Shown here: one piece after another, positions 53,104 to 62,845 of the stretch
Position numbering within the stretch: position 1 is the stretch's first letter
Layout: each line of letters starts with the position of its first letter
NCBI GenBank assembly: GCA_965222225.1
Contig: CBDCTK010000002.1
Coordinates: forward strand, 2,688,001 to 2,752,000
Direction: 5' to 3'
DNA: 64,000 bases
Source: Candidatus Poribacteria bacterium
GTDB taxonomy: Bacteria > Poribacteria > WGA-4E > JAJDTR01
Made by a program: the position numbers and the translations under genes
The notes under the pieces: model-generated
Database searches by the model: none
Seen by the model: only the letters and a program-made list of their open reading frames with translations
Told to the model about the DNA's origin: nothing

Positions 53104-55758
53104 ATGTTGTTGCGGTTAGTTCAAATGGGAATTGGGAATCTGTTTGTCCTGGGCGTCGTCATTCACCTCTTTCGACTCCTACGGACAACCGTTCCTCATC
53201 TGGATATTCCAATCTTCGGTTTCCTGTGGATATTCAGCGCCACCTTGTTCACCTTTCTTCTCGGTATATTCGGGTTTCTCGCGCCGATGCCGATGGCTGT
53301 CGTCAGCCTCATCGGATTGTTACTGATGGGGCTGGACGCCTTCCGGCAGGGCAGACGCTACGTTGCCACCTTCGAATCTCTCCGCGAGAGGTTCAAGCAC
53401 CCACGAGTCACGGTTGTGAGCGGTCTCCTCGCCGCCGCGGCGCTCGTCCAACTCGTGCGCATCGCCTTCTATGTCTGGTATACCCCGCCCTATGTCCACG
53501 ACACGCTGACCTACCATCTACCCAACGTTGCCGAATGGGTGCAAAAGGGACGCATTCACGCCATCTCTACTCCTGTGCTCAGGAGTTATTGGCCCGCGAC
53601 CTTCGAGGTGTTCGAGTCGTGGTTCGTCGTTTTCCTGCACAACGACCTCCTGATTCAACTCGGCTGCGTCTCCTGCTATCTACTCGCCGTCACATCGGTA
53701 TATGCCATTTGTCGTGGACTAAACTTTGGAAAGTATCTCTCGGCAGGAGTTGCTCTGCTTTATGCGTACACCCCATCAGTAGCGATTCACGCGACCTCTT
53801 GCAAAAACGATATGGCGGTTGCAGGGATGTACCTGTTTGCAATGGCAATCCTCGTTGACTTGCTGCGAAAGGGCGACTACCGAAGTTTCCCTCTGTCTTG
53901 TCGTTTTTTGTTCATCGTCATGGCATTCGGCTATGGAATCGGCACCAAGGCGTACGCCGTCTTTATCACGCCCGGCTTAATCCTCCTCGGCATCGTCGCT
54001 CTGGCGAAACATCGGTTGTTCAAAACGGCAATCCTCAGTCTACATCCCAAGAATTTCCTGTCAACCAGCCGACTTGCCCTTTATACGAGTCTCACGCTTT
54101 GCAGCGGAGTTCTGGCGTTGTACTGGTACGTGCGCAACTATGTAATCTTCGATAACCCGTTCTATCCCGCAGATTTTAAGCTATTCGGACACCTGATTTT
54201 CGGAACGGGCGCCACGCCCGACCCCGGCACCTCCGCACAACCCTCATTCAGTTTTCACTCCATGTGGCAAAACGCCCAAAACCTCGTAACGTTCAAGATA
54301 CTCGATCGATTCCGCATCTACACCGATCTGAACCGCATCACCGGCTGGGGCTGGTTCAATTTTGCCTGCGGGGTTTCGGCGGTAATCTACGGTCTGCTAT
54401 TCGATAGACGGGTACGACTCATCATTCTCTGTTTTGTCATATCGTTGTTGTCGCTGTTGGGTTGGGTGTTCGTTGATGACTGGCACGGTCGATTCCTCCA
54501 TTTCTTCCCCCCGGTTTTTGCCATCGCTTTCGGGGCGCTGTTGATATGTCTGCGAATCAGATGGGCTACGGCGCCTCTGGTAGCGCTCGCCGTTATCTGC
54601 AGCCTGTCCAATTATCTGGCGGTGCTCAACGTTGGCGTATTTTCCAAAGACGACCTGCAACGTCTCATGGCGCTCCCGCCTCTTCAACGCTCGTTGGTTA
54701 ACGCAAATCTCAATTACGGGTGGGTAACGGGCCGCGCATATCGGGAGGTGTTGAAACATGTCCCCGAGGACGAAATCCTCGGATACAGCTTGGGAAAAAA
54801 CGATGTCATTTACCCGCTTTACGGCAGCAATCTGTCGCGTCGGTTGCACTATCTTCCCGATCCTCCCGCTAGCCTGGCTGACTCTATGAACTCACTCGGC
54901 ATCCGCTACCTCTATTTCCCCAGAGCGGCGAAACGATTTATTGGGGGTTGGATATATCCGCACGGCGCGCATCAGATTGGCGTTCGTAACGGGCAAATGG
55001 CAACCTGGATCAACCTGCAATCGCGCAATCACGAATACAACGCGGGAGAGGTTCAACCCGGCAAATGGACGCATATTGCGTTCACATACAGCGGAGAGGA
55101 GGCAATCTCCTATGTGAACGGTGAGACCGTTGTCACACTCGACTATCAAGGGGAGATCGGGTTTAATCGAACCCCTCACTTCGTGATTGGAGAGCGGTCA
55201 AATGTAATAACGGGCGAGCCCTTCGGGGGCATGGTTGACGAAGTTGCGCTGTTTCATCGGGTATTGACACAGGCGGAGATTCGCGAGGTCATGAACCGGG
55301 GAATCTCACTGACAGAACATCCCGAGAACCAATCAGTTACCACCTCGGATGGCTTGGTAGCCTACTACCGATTTAACGGAGATACCAAAGATCTGTCCGG
55401 GAATGGCCACGACGGGTTACTGATTGGGCGCGCCAAACTTGCCCCGGATAGCGGTGCTCCGGTTCCCGGTGCAAAGGGATGTGTCCGATTTCCGGGGGTT
55501 AGTGGAAACAGCGTGGATTGCGGGGAATCGCCGGAGTTTCGAATCGCCTCCAACCTCACGCTGATGGCGTGGGTCAATCCGGACAGCGTTGATGGCACCC
55601 ATTTCGTGGCGGGAACACCTTACAACGGTGGCGAATGGTGGAGGCACTCGAGAATCGCAAAGGTGATTCGAGAAGATAAACTTATTCAGATAACGAGGCA
55701 TCTCTATGCACTCAAAACGGCTGGCGTTAATCGTCGGACTGGGGATTCTGGCGATTAA
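53104..55758 (+). CDS. Multi-TM glycosyltransferase-like (GT-C/ArnT-like) protein with an inserted LamG-like domain
   Basis: DTLTYHLP, KND, GTK, WYVRNY..DNPFYP; many TM segments; LamG motifs WTHIAFTY, GMVDEVALF, LVAYYRFNG. Confidence 0.78.
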   Translation: MLLRLVQMGIGNLFVLGVVIHLFRLLRTTVPHLDIPIFGFLWIFSATLFTFLLGIFGFLAPMPMAVVSLIGLLLMGLDAFRQGRRYVATFESLRERFKHPRVTVVSGLLAAAALVQLVRIAFYVWYTPPYVHDTLTYHLPNVAEWVQKGRIHAISTPVLRSYWPATFEVFESWFVVFLHNDLLIQLGCVSCYLLAVTSVYAICRGLNFGKYLSAGVALLYAYTPSVAIHATSCKNDMAVAGMYLFAMAILVDLLRKGDYRSFPLSCRFLFIVMAFGYGIGTKAYAVFITPGLILLGIVALAKHRLFKTAILSLHPKNFLSTSRLALYTSLTLCSGVLALYWYVRNYVIFDNPFYPADFKLFGHLIFGTGATPDPGTSAQPSFSFHSMWQNAQNLVTFKILDRFRIYTDLNRITGWGWFNFACGVSAVIYGLLFDRRVRLIILCFVISLLSLLGWVFVDDWHGRFLHFFPPVFAIAFGALLICLRIRWATAPLVALAVICSLSNYLAVLNVGVFSKDDLQRLMALPPLQRSLVNANLNYGWVTGRAYREVLKHVPEDEILGYSLGKNDVIYPLYGSNLSRRLHYLPDPPASLADSMNSLGIRYLYFPRAAKRFIGGWIYPHGAHQIGVRNGQMATWINLQSRNHEYNAGEVQPGKWTHIAFTYSGEEAISYVNGETVVTLDYQGEIGFNRTPHFVIGERSNVITGEPFGGMVDEVALFHRVLTQAEIREVMNRGISLTEHPENQSVTTSDGLVAYYRFNGDTKDLSGNGHDGLLIGRAKLAPDSGAPVPGAKGCVRFPGVSGNSVDCGESPEFRIASNLTLMAWVNPDSVDGTHFVAGTPYNGGEWWRHSRIAKVIREDKLIQITRHLYALKTAGVNRRTGDSGD

Positions 55759-56294
55759 TCTGTATCTGCTCTCGGTCTACATCTCCACGCAGGCGAAGTT
55801 GACATTCGAATTCATCCTGACCTTAATCAATCCTTAGTCCGGAAGGCTCGCATCGCACCTCAGGCCTATAGGGTGGACAATCGTTGACTCTATACTTTGT
55901 ATTGGGATTTGGATGGTGGACTGTAGGAGCGATCAAACTAGTGGATAACGAGTGATCAACCGACTGAATAAGGAGGGCGATAGAGCTCCCATAGAGATCC
56001 CTCTCCCAATCGCGACATTTGTTCAACCGTTTGGCGTTACCTGTATTATGTCTACTCTCAATCACACCTTTCGAAGTTATGAAGGATGCGCACTTGGATG
56101 GTGGGCGCTGCCCACCATCCAAAGGCTCTGTATTCGTGATCGTTCGTGTCCCGTCCCATCTTCCATCCTTCCGCCTTTTCCCAGCATCCCCGACCCTAAG
56201 AGATTTTACTTGGATCAGTGCGAAAGAAGTGGTAAAATGGATCTAGATTACGTAAGCTATACCAAACGCCGGAATCAAACAATCGAGGACACCC

Positions 56295-57488
56295 ATGAAA
56301 GTGGACCGAGAAAAATTTATCAATGATGGTTTCCTTATCATACGGAACTGCATTCCTCCGGAACAGCTAGACCAGCTCCGTGATAGTTTTGAAGTATTGG
56401 TTGAGCGTCAAAAAGCCAACTGGGCTCGTGACCGAGCGCCCGATGATCCGCCGGGCGGCGCATGGGAGACCAGCGGGCAGCCGCGATTATCGGGTTATGA
56501 AAAACTCATCGACTCCACGACTGCCGACACCGTCGAGATCTGCCTGCATGAGAACACCATGGGTGTGTGTAAACAACTGATGCGTGCTGCCGAGGCGGGA
56601 GCACAGAATAAGATGTTTATGTGCAGTCCTGTGCGCGATCATGGACCTGCGAGTTGGCATCGAGATATTCACCCGGTAGACCAAGCGCCGCTGCGGGGAT
56701 TGCAAATGGACCTTCTGGAAAATGCGCCCGGTTATCTCCAGTGGAACATTCCGCTCTACGAGGATAACGTGTTGTGGACGGTGCCCGGCAGCCATCGCAG
56801 AGGCAACACCGAAGCCGAGAACAAACAACTGAGTGAGAATTCACGGGCGCCGCTGCCCAATAGCATTCCGGTGGAGATGAAAGCGGGCGATGGCGTCGTT
56901 TACACTAACACCATCTTTCATTGGGGCAGCAACTACAGCACCAAACTGCGGCGGACAATTCACTTGGGCTACCGCTCTTTCGGCGGTCCAATTTTTCCTT
57001 ATGTATGCCACTTTCACCGCGATCTGGATTTTACCCGACACCTTTCTCCGGATGCCCGAGCCGTATTTGAACGCCACGCCCAATTATACCGCGAAGAATG
57101 CGACGTGATTGAATCCACCTTCCGTGCAATCATCGACAAGAATGCGTATGCCTTCCGCGAAGGTCTTGCAGTAATCCATCCCGGCGAGCCCGGACGGATA
57201 GTGTGCCTTATACTTCTGTCCAAAGTGGCATACAAAATGCGGTTTGCATCGCATCCTGCAAGAGCGGCTTTCGGCGGCGACATCTCGCAAGATATAGATC
57301 TCGCACCACGCTTTTCACCGGCTGAACGTGATATACTCTGGGGACGATTTGCAACACTGGATGAAACGATTCAATCGCACAAAGAGGAATATATCCCGGG
57401 CTTTCAATCCGGACCGATGCGCTACTTATTCGAAGAGATGCCGACGAATTTCGACGTGGAAGACTTCATTGCAAGTTGGGAGACGTAA
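56295..57488 (+). CDS. PhyH-family Fe(II)/2OG dioxygenase
   Basis: WHRD, VPGSH, FHWG...RRTIH. Confidence 0.88.
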   Translation: MKVDREKFINDGFLIIRNCIPPEQLDQLRDSFEVLVERQKANWARDRAPDDPPGGAWETSGQPRLSGYEKLIDSTTADTVEICLHENTMGVCKQLMRAAEAGAQNKMFMCSPVRDHGPASWHRDIHPVDQAPLRGLQMDLLENAPGYLQWNIPLYEDNVLWTVPGSHRRGNTEAENKQLSENSRAPLPNSIPVEMKAGDGVVYTNTIFHWGSNYSTKLRRTIHLGYRSFGGPIFPYVCHFHRDLDFTRHLSPDARAVFERHAQLYREECDVIESTFRAIIDKNAYAFREGLAVIHPGEPGRIVCLILLSKVAYKMRFASHPARAAFGGDISQDIDLAPRFSPAERDILWGRFATLDETIQSHKEEYIPGFQSGPMRYLFEEMPTNFDVEDFIASWET

Positions 57489-57544
57489 TCGGGAGTTGCT
57501 TGACGTTTGTACGGAAGAACTCGGAGGTTTGCAGGAGGGGTACC

Positions 57545-58252
57545 ATGAATCTTGACGATGCCAAACTTCGACTGGATGAGGAAGGGCACTACATACTGGA
57601 AGATTTGCTCGATCCGCATGAAGCGGAACGATTGGATTCGGCAGCACGGTGCTTGATGGAACCTAGAGCCGAACCGAATCAAGGATATTTGAGCATGGAG
57701 GACTCCCTCAATACCATTCCCGGTCTGGCGCCGCTCTGCACCCACCCGGCAATCCTTGAGCTGGCTGAATCGGTGCTTGGAGAAAAGTTCATTCTGGCGA
57801 ACACGGTCGCCATGAAGTGGTGCCGACCCGGCGCCGGCGCTCGCGGATTGCATGCGGATTGGCCACTCAACGCGGGTATTCCCCAACCTTGGCCCGTGCT
57901 GTCAACAGGATTTCAGGCGTTCTGGATGCTCACGGATTTCACGCCGGATAACGGCGCAACCACCATCGTCCCTTTCAGCCACCATAGCAGGCGCCCTCCG
58001 ACGCAATCAGAATATCCGCACGAAATGTCCCTCATCGGGAAGAAGGGGTCCGTGGCTGTGTTTGTCAATGGCACCTGGCATCGCAGCGGCGCGAATACGA
58101 CGACAGATCAGCACCGGATGGCAGCCAACATGTTCTACATCCCCGGTTTCCTGAATCGACCGAGAATCGGTTGGCCCCTCGTGAAACGCGAGATTTATGA
58201 CCAGTTTTCGCCTCGCCTGCAAGAGTTGCTTGAGCGGTCTGTCGAATGGTGA
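57545..58252 (+). CDS. PhyH-family dioxygenase
   Basis: LHAD, DFTPDNGAT..VPFSH, WHRSGAN. Confidence 0.9.
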   Translation: MNLDDAKLRLDEEGHYILEDLLDPHEAERLDSAARCLMEPRAEPNQGYLSMEDSLNTIPGLAPLCTHPAILELAESVLGEKFILANTVAMKWCRPGAGARGLHADWPLNAGIPQPWPVLSTGFQAFWMLTDFTPDNGATTIVPFSHHSRRPPTQSEYPHEMSLIGKKGSVAVFVNGTWHRSGANTTTDQHRMAANMFYIPGFLNRPRIGWPLVKREIYDQFSPRLQELLERSVEW

Positions 58253-58292
58253 TTCTTACGAATCCGCAACCTTCTCCTACGGCGGTAGGAGC

Positions 58293-58405
58293 GATCAAAC
58301 GCGTGGACAACGATCAAGGAAACGATTAGCTGAGATCAAGCGAGTGGATAGCGAGCAGGATTTACTATAGGAGTTCTATCGCACTCATTATTCATTCGCT
58401 TGATC
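58293..58405. repeat. Convergent micro-element cluster inside a GTAGGAG...CTCCTAC palindrome
   Basis: Forward partial units then CTATCGC-N17-TTGATC, flanked by inverted GTAGGAG/CTCCTAC. Confidence 0.8.
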
Positions 58406-58444
58406 CCTCCTACAGCGGTAGTAGAGCCGATCTGCTTAAATACT

Positions 58445-59161
58445 ATGGACTTAAAGGAAGTCAAATTACGACTGGACGAACAGGGTTACGCTATACTGGA
58501 AGGCCTTCTTGACCCGCGCGAAGCCGAGCGCCTTGATGCGATGGCGCGTCCCATCATGGAGGTTCCACGGGACAATATCTGGGGCGCAAACGGCTATGTC
58601 AGCATGGAAGGGTCGTTAAACTTTATCCCCGATTTGGCGCCGCTGTGCATGCACCCAACGATTCTGGAACTCCTCGACATGGTTCTTGGAGAGAATTACT
58701 TTTTGGCAAACAACGTCGCCTTGAAGTGGTGCAAGCCGGGCACACACGTCGGAGGCCTACATTCTGCCGGAGGTTCAAAGCCCGCCCAAACCTTTACCGG
58801 TTACCCCACGGATCTGCAGGTCTTCTGGATGCTCACCGACTTCACGTATGAAAATGGCGCCACAATGATTGTGCCGTTCAGCCATCATACACGCCGCTCC
58901 CCGACTCGCGCGGCGTACCCGCAGGAGATTCCCGTCCTCGGTAAAAAGGGCTCCGTGTGCGTTTTCTACGACAGCCTCTGGCATCGCAGCGGCGCGAATA
59001 CAACCACCGACCAGCATCGCATGTCGGCAAATGTATTCTATCTCCCTTGGTTCATCCACCGATCCGATGGGCAGTGGCCGCGGGTGAAGCGTGAACTATA
59101 TGCCCAATTTCCTCCACGCTTACAGGAGTTGCTCGTGTGCTCCGTCGAAGATCCAACATAA
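58445..59161 (+). CDS. PhyH-family paralog with HxA iron motif
   Basis: Close paralog of the upstream gene, but GLHSAG in place of GLHADW; WHRSGAN retained. Confidence 0.85.
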   Translation: MDLKEVKLRLDEQGYAILEGLLDPREAERLDAMARPIMEVPRDNIWGANGYVSMEGSLNFIPDLAPLCMHPTILELLDMVLGENYFLANNVALKWCKPGTHVGGLHSAGGSKPAQTFTGYPTDLQVFWMLTDFTYENGATMIVPFSHHTRRSPTRAAYPQEIPVLGKKGSVCVFYDSLWHRSGANTTTDQHRMSANVFYLPWFIHRSDGQWPRVKRELYAQFPPRLQELLVCSVEDPT

Positions 59162-59196
59162 CGGTTTGTAGTGGCATAATTTACCGTGCGTCTTCC

Positions 59197-59220
59197 GTAG
59201 GAGCGAGTTTTACTCGCGAC
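59197..59220 (+). repeat. GTAG-type REP-like hairpin GTAGGAGCGAGTTTTACTCGCGAC
   Basis: Near-identical reverse copy at 45438-45461. Confidence 0.7.
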
Positions 59221-59412
59221 AGGGAGAGAATCACTTTCGCACGCGCTTTTCACTTGCTTAATCTATTCCCGTGCTTGATTGTTATTCCCTACTAGAGCCC
59301 TGCAATATGAAATCATTGCAGAAAATTATTACTTCCGATTCTTGCGCAAGTACTGTTTAGCTTAGCAATCGACAGGTATTTCCAAGCTACGTCGTTACCA
59401 CAAGGAGACAAA

Positions 59413-61710
59413 ATGATGTCTACCCGAGAGATTCTGGAACGGAACGACTTAGTCTACAAAACCCTTCCACCCCGATGGGTGTTCGGATTGCCCATCGGCA
59501 ACGGTCAGGTCGGCGGCATGATTTGGGTGGAAGATGACACCAAGGTTGTCGTCACGCTTGACAGCGTCTGGGCGTGGGATCTCCGCCAAACGCCCAAGGA
59601 TATCACCTACGCCCATTTTCGGGAACTCATGGCGGCGGAAAAATACGAGGAAATCGGTGCACACCTTAACACCGGCGAACCCCTGCCAAGAAAGACATAC
59701 GTGGGCAGGCTCGTCATTGATGTGGGGCGGAAAATTTCGGGGGAGGGACGGTTGCGCCTGAATAATGCCGAGGTTGAGCTTGATCTTCGCACCGGTGATG
59801 GCGACGCGATCCATCTGAAGTTCGTTGCCTATGCAAATCTTCCCGCCATCGCCGTAGATCACCCTCAAACCAGCATCAAAGAGATTCGGCTCGAACGACT
59901 TTCGACAGAACGCGTCGGCTTGCACGGCGCGCCCGAATACATACAGGGCACTTCGGCGTCAATTGAGTGGATTCGCCAAGACATTCCCGACAGCCCCTCC
60001 ATTGTGCTCGGGCTGCGCCGTGGAGAGGCACAATCCTTTGCGACAGTCCAAGCCACGCGAAACGGGTACGGCCCGCTTGAAGAAGCCGTCAGCGTACTTG
60101 AGAGGGCGTCGGCAACCCCCGACGAGCACCTCGAAGAGCATCGCGCTTGGTGGGGAGGCTTTTGGAAGAAATCGAGCGTTCAAGTACCGGACGAAAAGAT
60201 TGAATCGCTCTGGTATATGGGGTTGTACATGCTTGCGGGCGCAAGCCGCAAAGGCGGGTGCGCAGCTAGCCTGCACGGGGTCTGGTCGCCTGACAATTGC
60301 ATCCCGCCCGCGCACGGTTTCTACATCTGGGACTTCTACTCGCAACATTGGGGACTTTACACGGCAAACCATCTGGAACTTGGCGAGCCCTTCTGTGACC
60401 ATTTTCTCTCGATTCTGCCGCGCCTCAAGGAGCAGACCCGGCAGTTCTACGAGTGGGATGGTGTCTTTGTCCCCGGCGTCATGAGCGTTGACGGATCGTG
60501 GATTCGCGTCGGGCACAACGAGTTGCTGCTCTGGCCCGGCACCACGGCGTGGGTCGCTCAAGCCTTCTGGTGGCAGTATCTCTATAGCAACGACACCGAA
60601 TTCCTCCGGGAGAAGGGGTATCCGTTCATGCGCGAGTGCATGCTGTTTTACGAACAATTACTCGAAAAGGGGGACGACGGAAAATACCATCTGAACGTTG
60701 CCTACGCGCCCGAGTTTAAGAGTTGGACACGGGACGACACACTAAGTTTATCGCTTATTCGTTATCTCTTTGACGGAATGTTGAAAGCTGTCGAGGTTCT
60801 TCAAATTGACGAGCCTCACGCCGAGACTTGGAGAGAAATACTTGAGGACCTCCAAGAATATCATGTTGATGATTCGGGGCTGTGCTTTGCGGAAGGATTA
60901 CCATACTCGGAGTCTCACCGCCACATGTCGCACCTCGCCGCTGTCTATCCCTGTGATGACCTGAATATTGACGGTTCGTCGGAAGAACGCCAACTTATCG
61001 ATCGGACAATCAACAACGTTATTCTGAAGGGGTACGGCACCTTCGTCGGCTGGGCATTTGTCTGGCTCTCGGCAATCGCCGCCAGAGCCGGGCGCGGCAG
61101 AATGGCGTGGTGGACGCTCAAGCAGTGTGCGGATGCGTTCGTCTGCGGCAACACATACAACCTGAACTTGGATTGGGAGCGGAACGGAATCTCCACCCAG
61201 CCCGACACCCTCTGCGTGGACGGCAACATGGGAGCGGTCGACTCCCTCAACCAGATGCTGCTGCAGAGTTGGGGCGGGCGTATCCGCGTGTTCCCGGCGT
61301 GTCCCAACCATTGGCGCGAGATTCGGTTCGATAACCTGCGGAGCGAGGGAGGGGTCGAGGTCTCCGCGGTGCGTGCGGATGGACGCACATTGGGTGTTCG
61401 GTTGCAATCCGCGTCGGCGACGAGCGTCCGACTGGTCAATCCATTCGGCGAATCGGGCGGTTACCTCGGCGGGAATCAGATCCAGCCCACGACCAATGGA
61501 GATTTGGAAGTCGATCTCAGCGCCGGGGATGCGGTCTGGTTAACAGCGGCTCCCGAGATTCAGCCCGCTGACTTGGAGAATTTTGCTGTTGAACGCCCCG
61601 AAGTCCTGCGCAATCCGTACGGTCTCAAATTTGTCGACCCGGATTGGTTAATCGACAGCCCGGACATTGCAAAAGTCCATCCGCACTTCCGTGGTTCCTT
61701 CATAGAATAG
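59413..61710 (+). CDS. Glycoside hydrolase, GH95-like
   Basis: LPIGNGQVGGM, HRHMSHL, DGNMG...MLLQS...IRVFPA, LRSEGGVEVSA. Confidence 0.85.
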   Translation: MMSTREILERNDLVYKTLPPRWVFGLPIGNGQVGGMIWVEDDTKVVVTLDSVWAWDLRQTPKDITYAHFRELMAAEKYEEIGAHLNTGEPLPRKTYVGRLVIDVGRKISGEGRLRLNNAEVELDLRTGDGDAIHLKFVAYANLPAIAVDHPQTSIKEIRLERLSTERVGLHGAPEYIQGTSASIEWIRQDIPDSPSIVLGLRRGEAQSFATVQATRNGYGPLEEAVSVLERASATPDEHLEEHRAWWGGFWKKSSVQVPDEKIESLWYMGLYMLAGASRKGGCAASLHGVWSPDNCIPPAHGFYIWDFYSQHWGLYTANHLELGEPFCDHFLSILPRLKEQTRQFYEWDGVFVPGVMSVDGSWIRVGHNELLLWPGTTAWVAQAFWWQYLYSNDTEFLREKGYPFMRECMLFYEQLLEKGDDGKYHLNVAYAPEFKSWTRDDTLSLSLIRYLFDGMLKAVEVLQIDEPHAETWREILEDLQEYHVDDSGLCFAEGLPYSESHRHMSHLAAVYPCDDLNIDGSSEERQLIDRTINNVILKGYGTFVGWAFVWLSAIAARAGRGRMAWWTLKQCADAFVCGNTYNLNLDWERNGISTQPDTLCVDGNMGAVDSLNQMLLQSWGGRIRVFPACPNHWREIRFDNLRSEGGVEVSAVRADGRTLGVRLQSASATSVRLVNPFGESGGYLGGNQIQPTTNGDLEVDLSAGDAVWLTAAPEIQPADLENFAVERPEVLRNPYGLKFVDPDWLIDSPDIAKVHPHFRGSFIE

Positions 61711-61887
61711 GGGAAGCGAAACCGAGTTTTTTTTCGCAAAACTCGGTTTCTACAAAGGCCTAGCCCGTAGGAACGATTCGCAATCTCCGAATCTCCGCTT
61801 TCCTTCTTCTCTTATCTTCTATGTGAATACAACGACCAACGTTCAAACGGGCACTAACAACCCATGAACTCAACAGGAGGCTGTATC

Positions 61888-62814
61888 ATGAAGATTTTAG
61901 GACTAGTTTTGGCTCTTGCGCTATGCTGCAATCTTGTGATAGCGCAAGAGGACATCTACACGATTCAGAAAGGTGATACGCTTGAGAAAATAGCCGAAGA
62001 TAAGTTAGAGGATGCCTCTCTATGGATGCAGCTCGCAAAATACAACAGCATCTCAAATCCTAATCTGATTAAAGCAGGGCAAGAGATAGTCATCCCTGCT
62101 AAAGCGCAATTACTCGTAAAACTCAAGCAAAGGGAGAGTCTTGAAGCGAGAGTCGAATCACTTGAATGGATGTTTTCTCAACTGCAAGCTAGCCGCCGCG
62201 AAACGCTGTTTGAAGACAACTTTGAGGACGAGACGAAAATGGAGGAACAGAAAGAATGGATCTTCCCTTCCGGCGGAAAATGGGGTATCTCTAACTTGGG
62301 CAGCCGCGTATTGGAACAGTCGGATAGACAGGCGTACAACAGCGCCGCATTGGTTGGGGAAAAAGGCTGGTTGAGCTACATCGTTCAAGCGGAACTCCGG
62401 ATAGAGCATTCCGGTGATGCCGGCGTGTTTGCTTATTGGAACTCCTCTCTCAAGAACTACAGGCTGCGAACAACCCATGTCCACAGAAGGCTTCAGATTG
62501 CCAAACGCGTTCCGAAGGGGCAAGAACGGCATGATGCCCTCTCGTTGAACGAGACATCCTTTCACCTCGAAGATGGTCGATGGTATGTTTTTAAATTCGA
62601 GGTAACAACCCACGACACTTACACCTATCTGAGGGGAAAGGTATGGAGGAAAGGAGAAACCGAGCCGGGAACGTGGTTGTTGGAAGCTTCCGACCACTCT
62701 CCCGAGCGCTACGAGAATGGTCAAGCCGGCGTCTGGACGATAAAAAGCGGATCCTCCTACCGAGGCGCCAAATTCGATAACTTCAAAGTATTCAGGAATA
62801 CTGGAGTTTATTGA
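61888..62814 (+). CDS. Secreted LysM-domain protein with C-terminal beta-sandwich (concanavalin/DUF1080-like)
   Basis: Signal peptide; YTIQKGDTLEKIA...NPNLIKAGQEIVIP; LFEDNFED...FDNFKV. Confidence 0.82.
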   Translation: MKILGLVLALALCCNLVIAQEDIYTIQKGDTLEKIAEDKLEDASLWMQLAKYNSISNPNLIKAGQEIVIPAKAQLLVKLKQRESLEARVESLEWMFSQLQASRRETLFEDNFEDETKMEEQKEWIFPSGGKWGISNLGSRVLEQSDRQAYNSAALVGEKGWLSYIVQAELRIEHSGDAGVFAYWNSSLKNYRLRTTHVHRRLQIAKRVPKGQERHDALSLNETSFHLEDGRWYVFKFEVTTHDTYTYLRGKVWRKGETEPGTWLLEASDHSPERYENGQAGVWTIKSGSSYRGAKFDNFKVFRNTGVY

Positions 62815-62845
62815 CCCGCCTTGAACGCCGCCAAGGATTTAGGAT

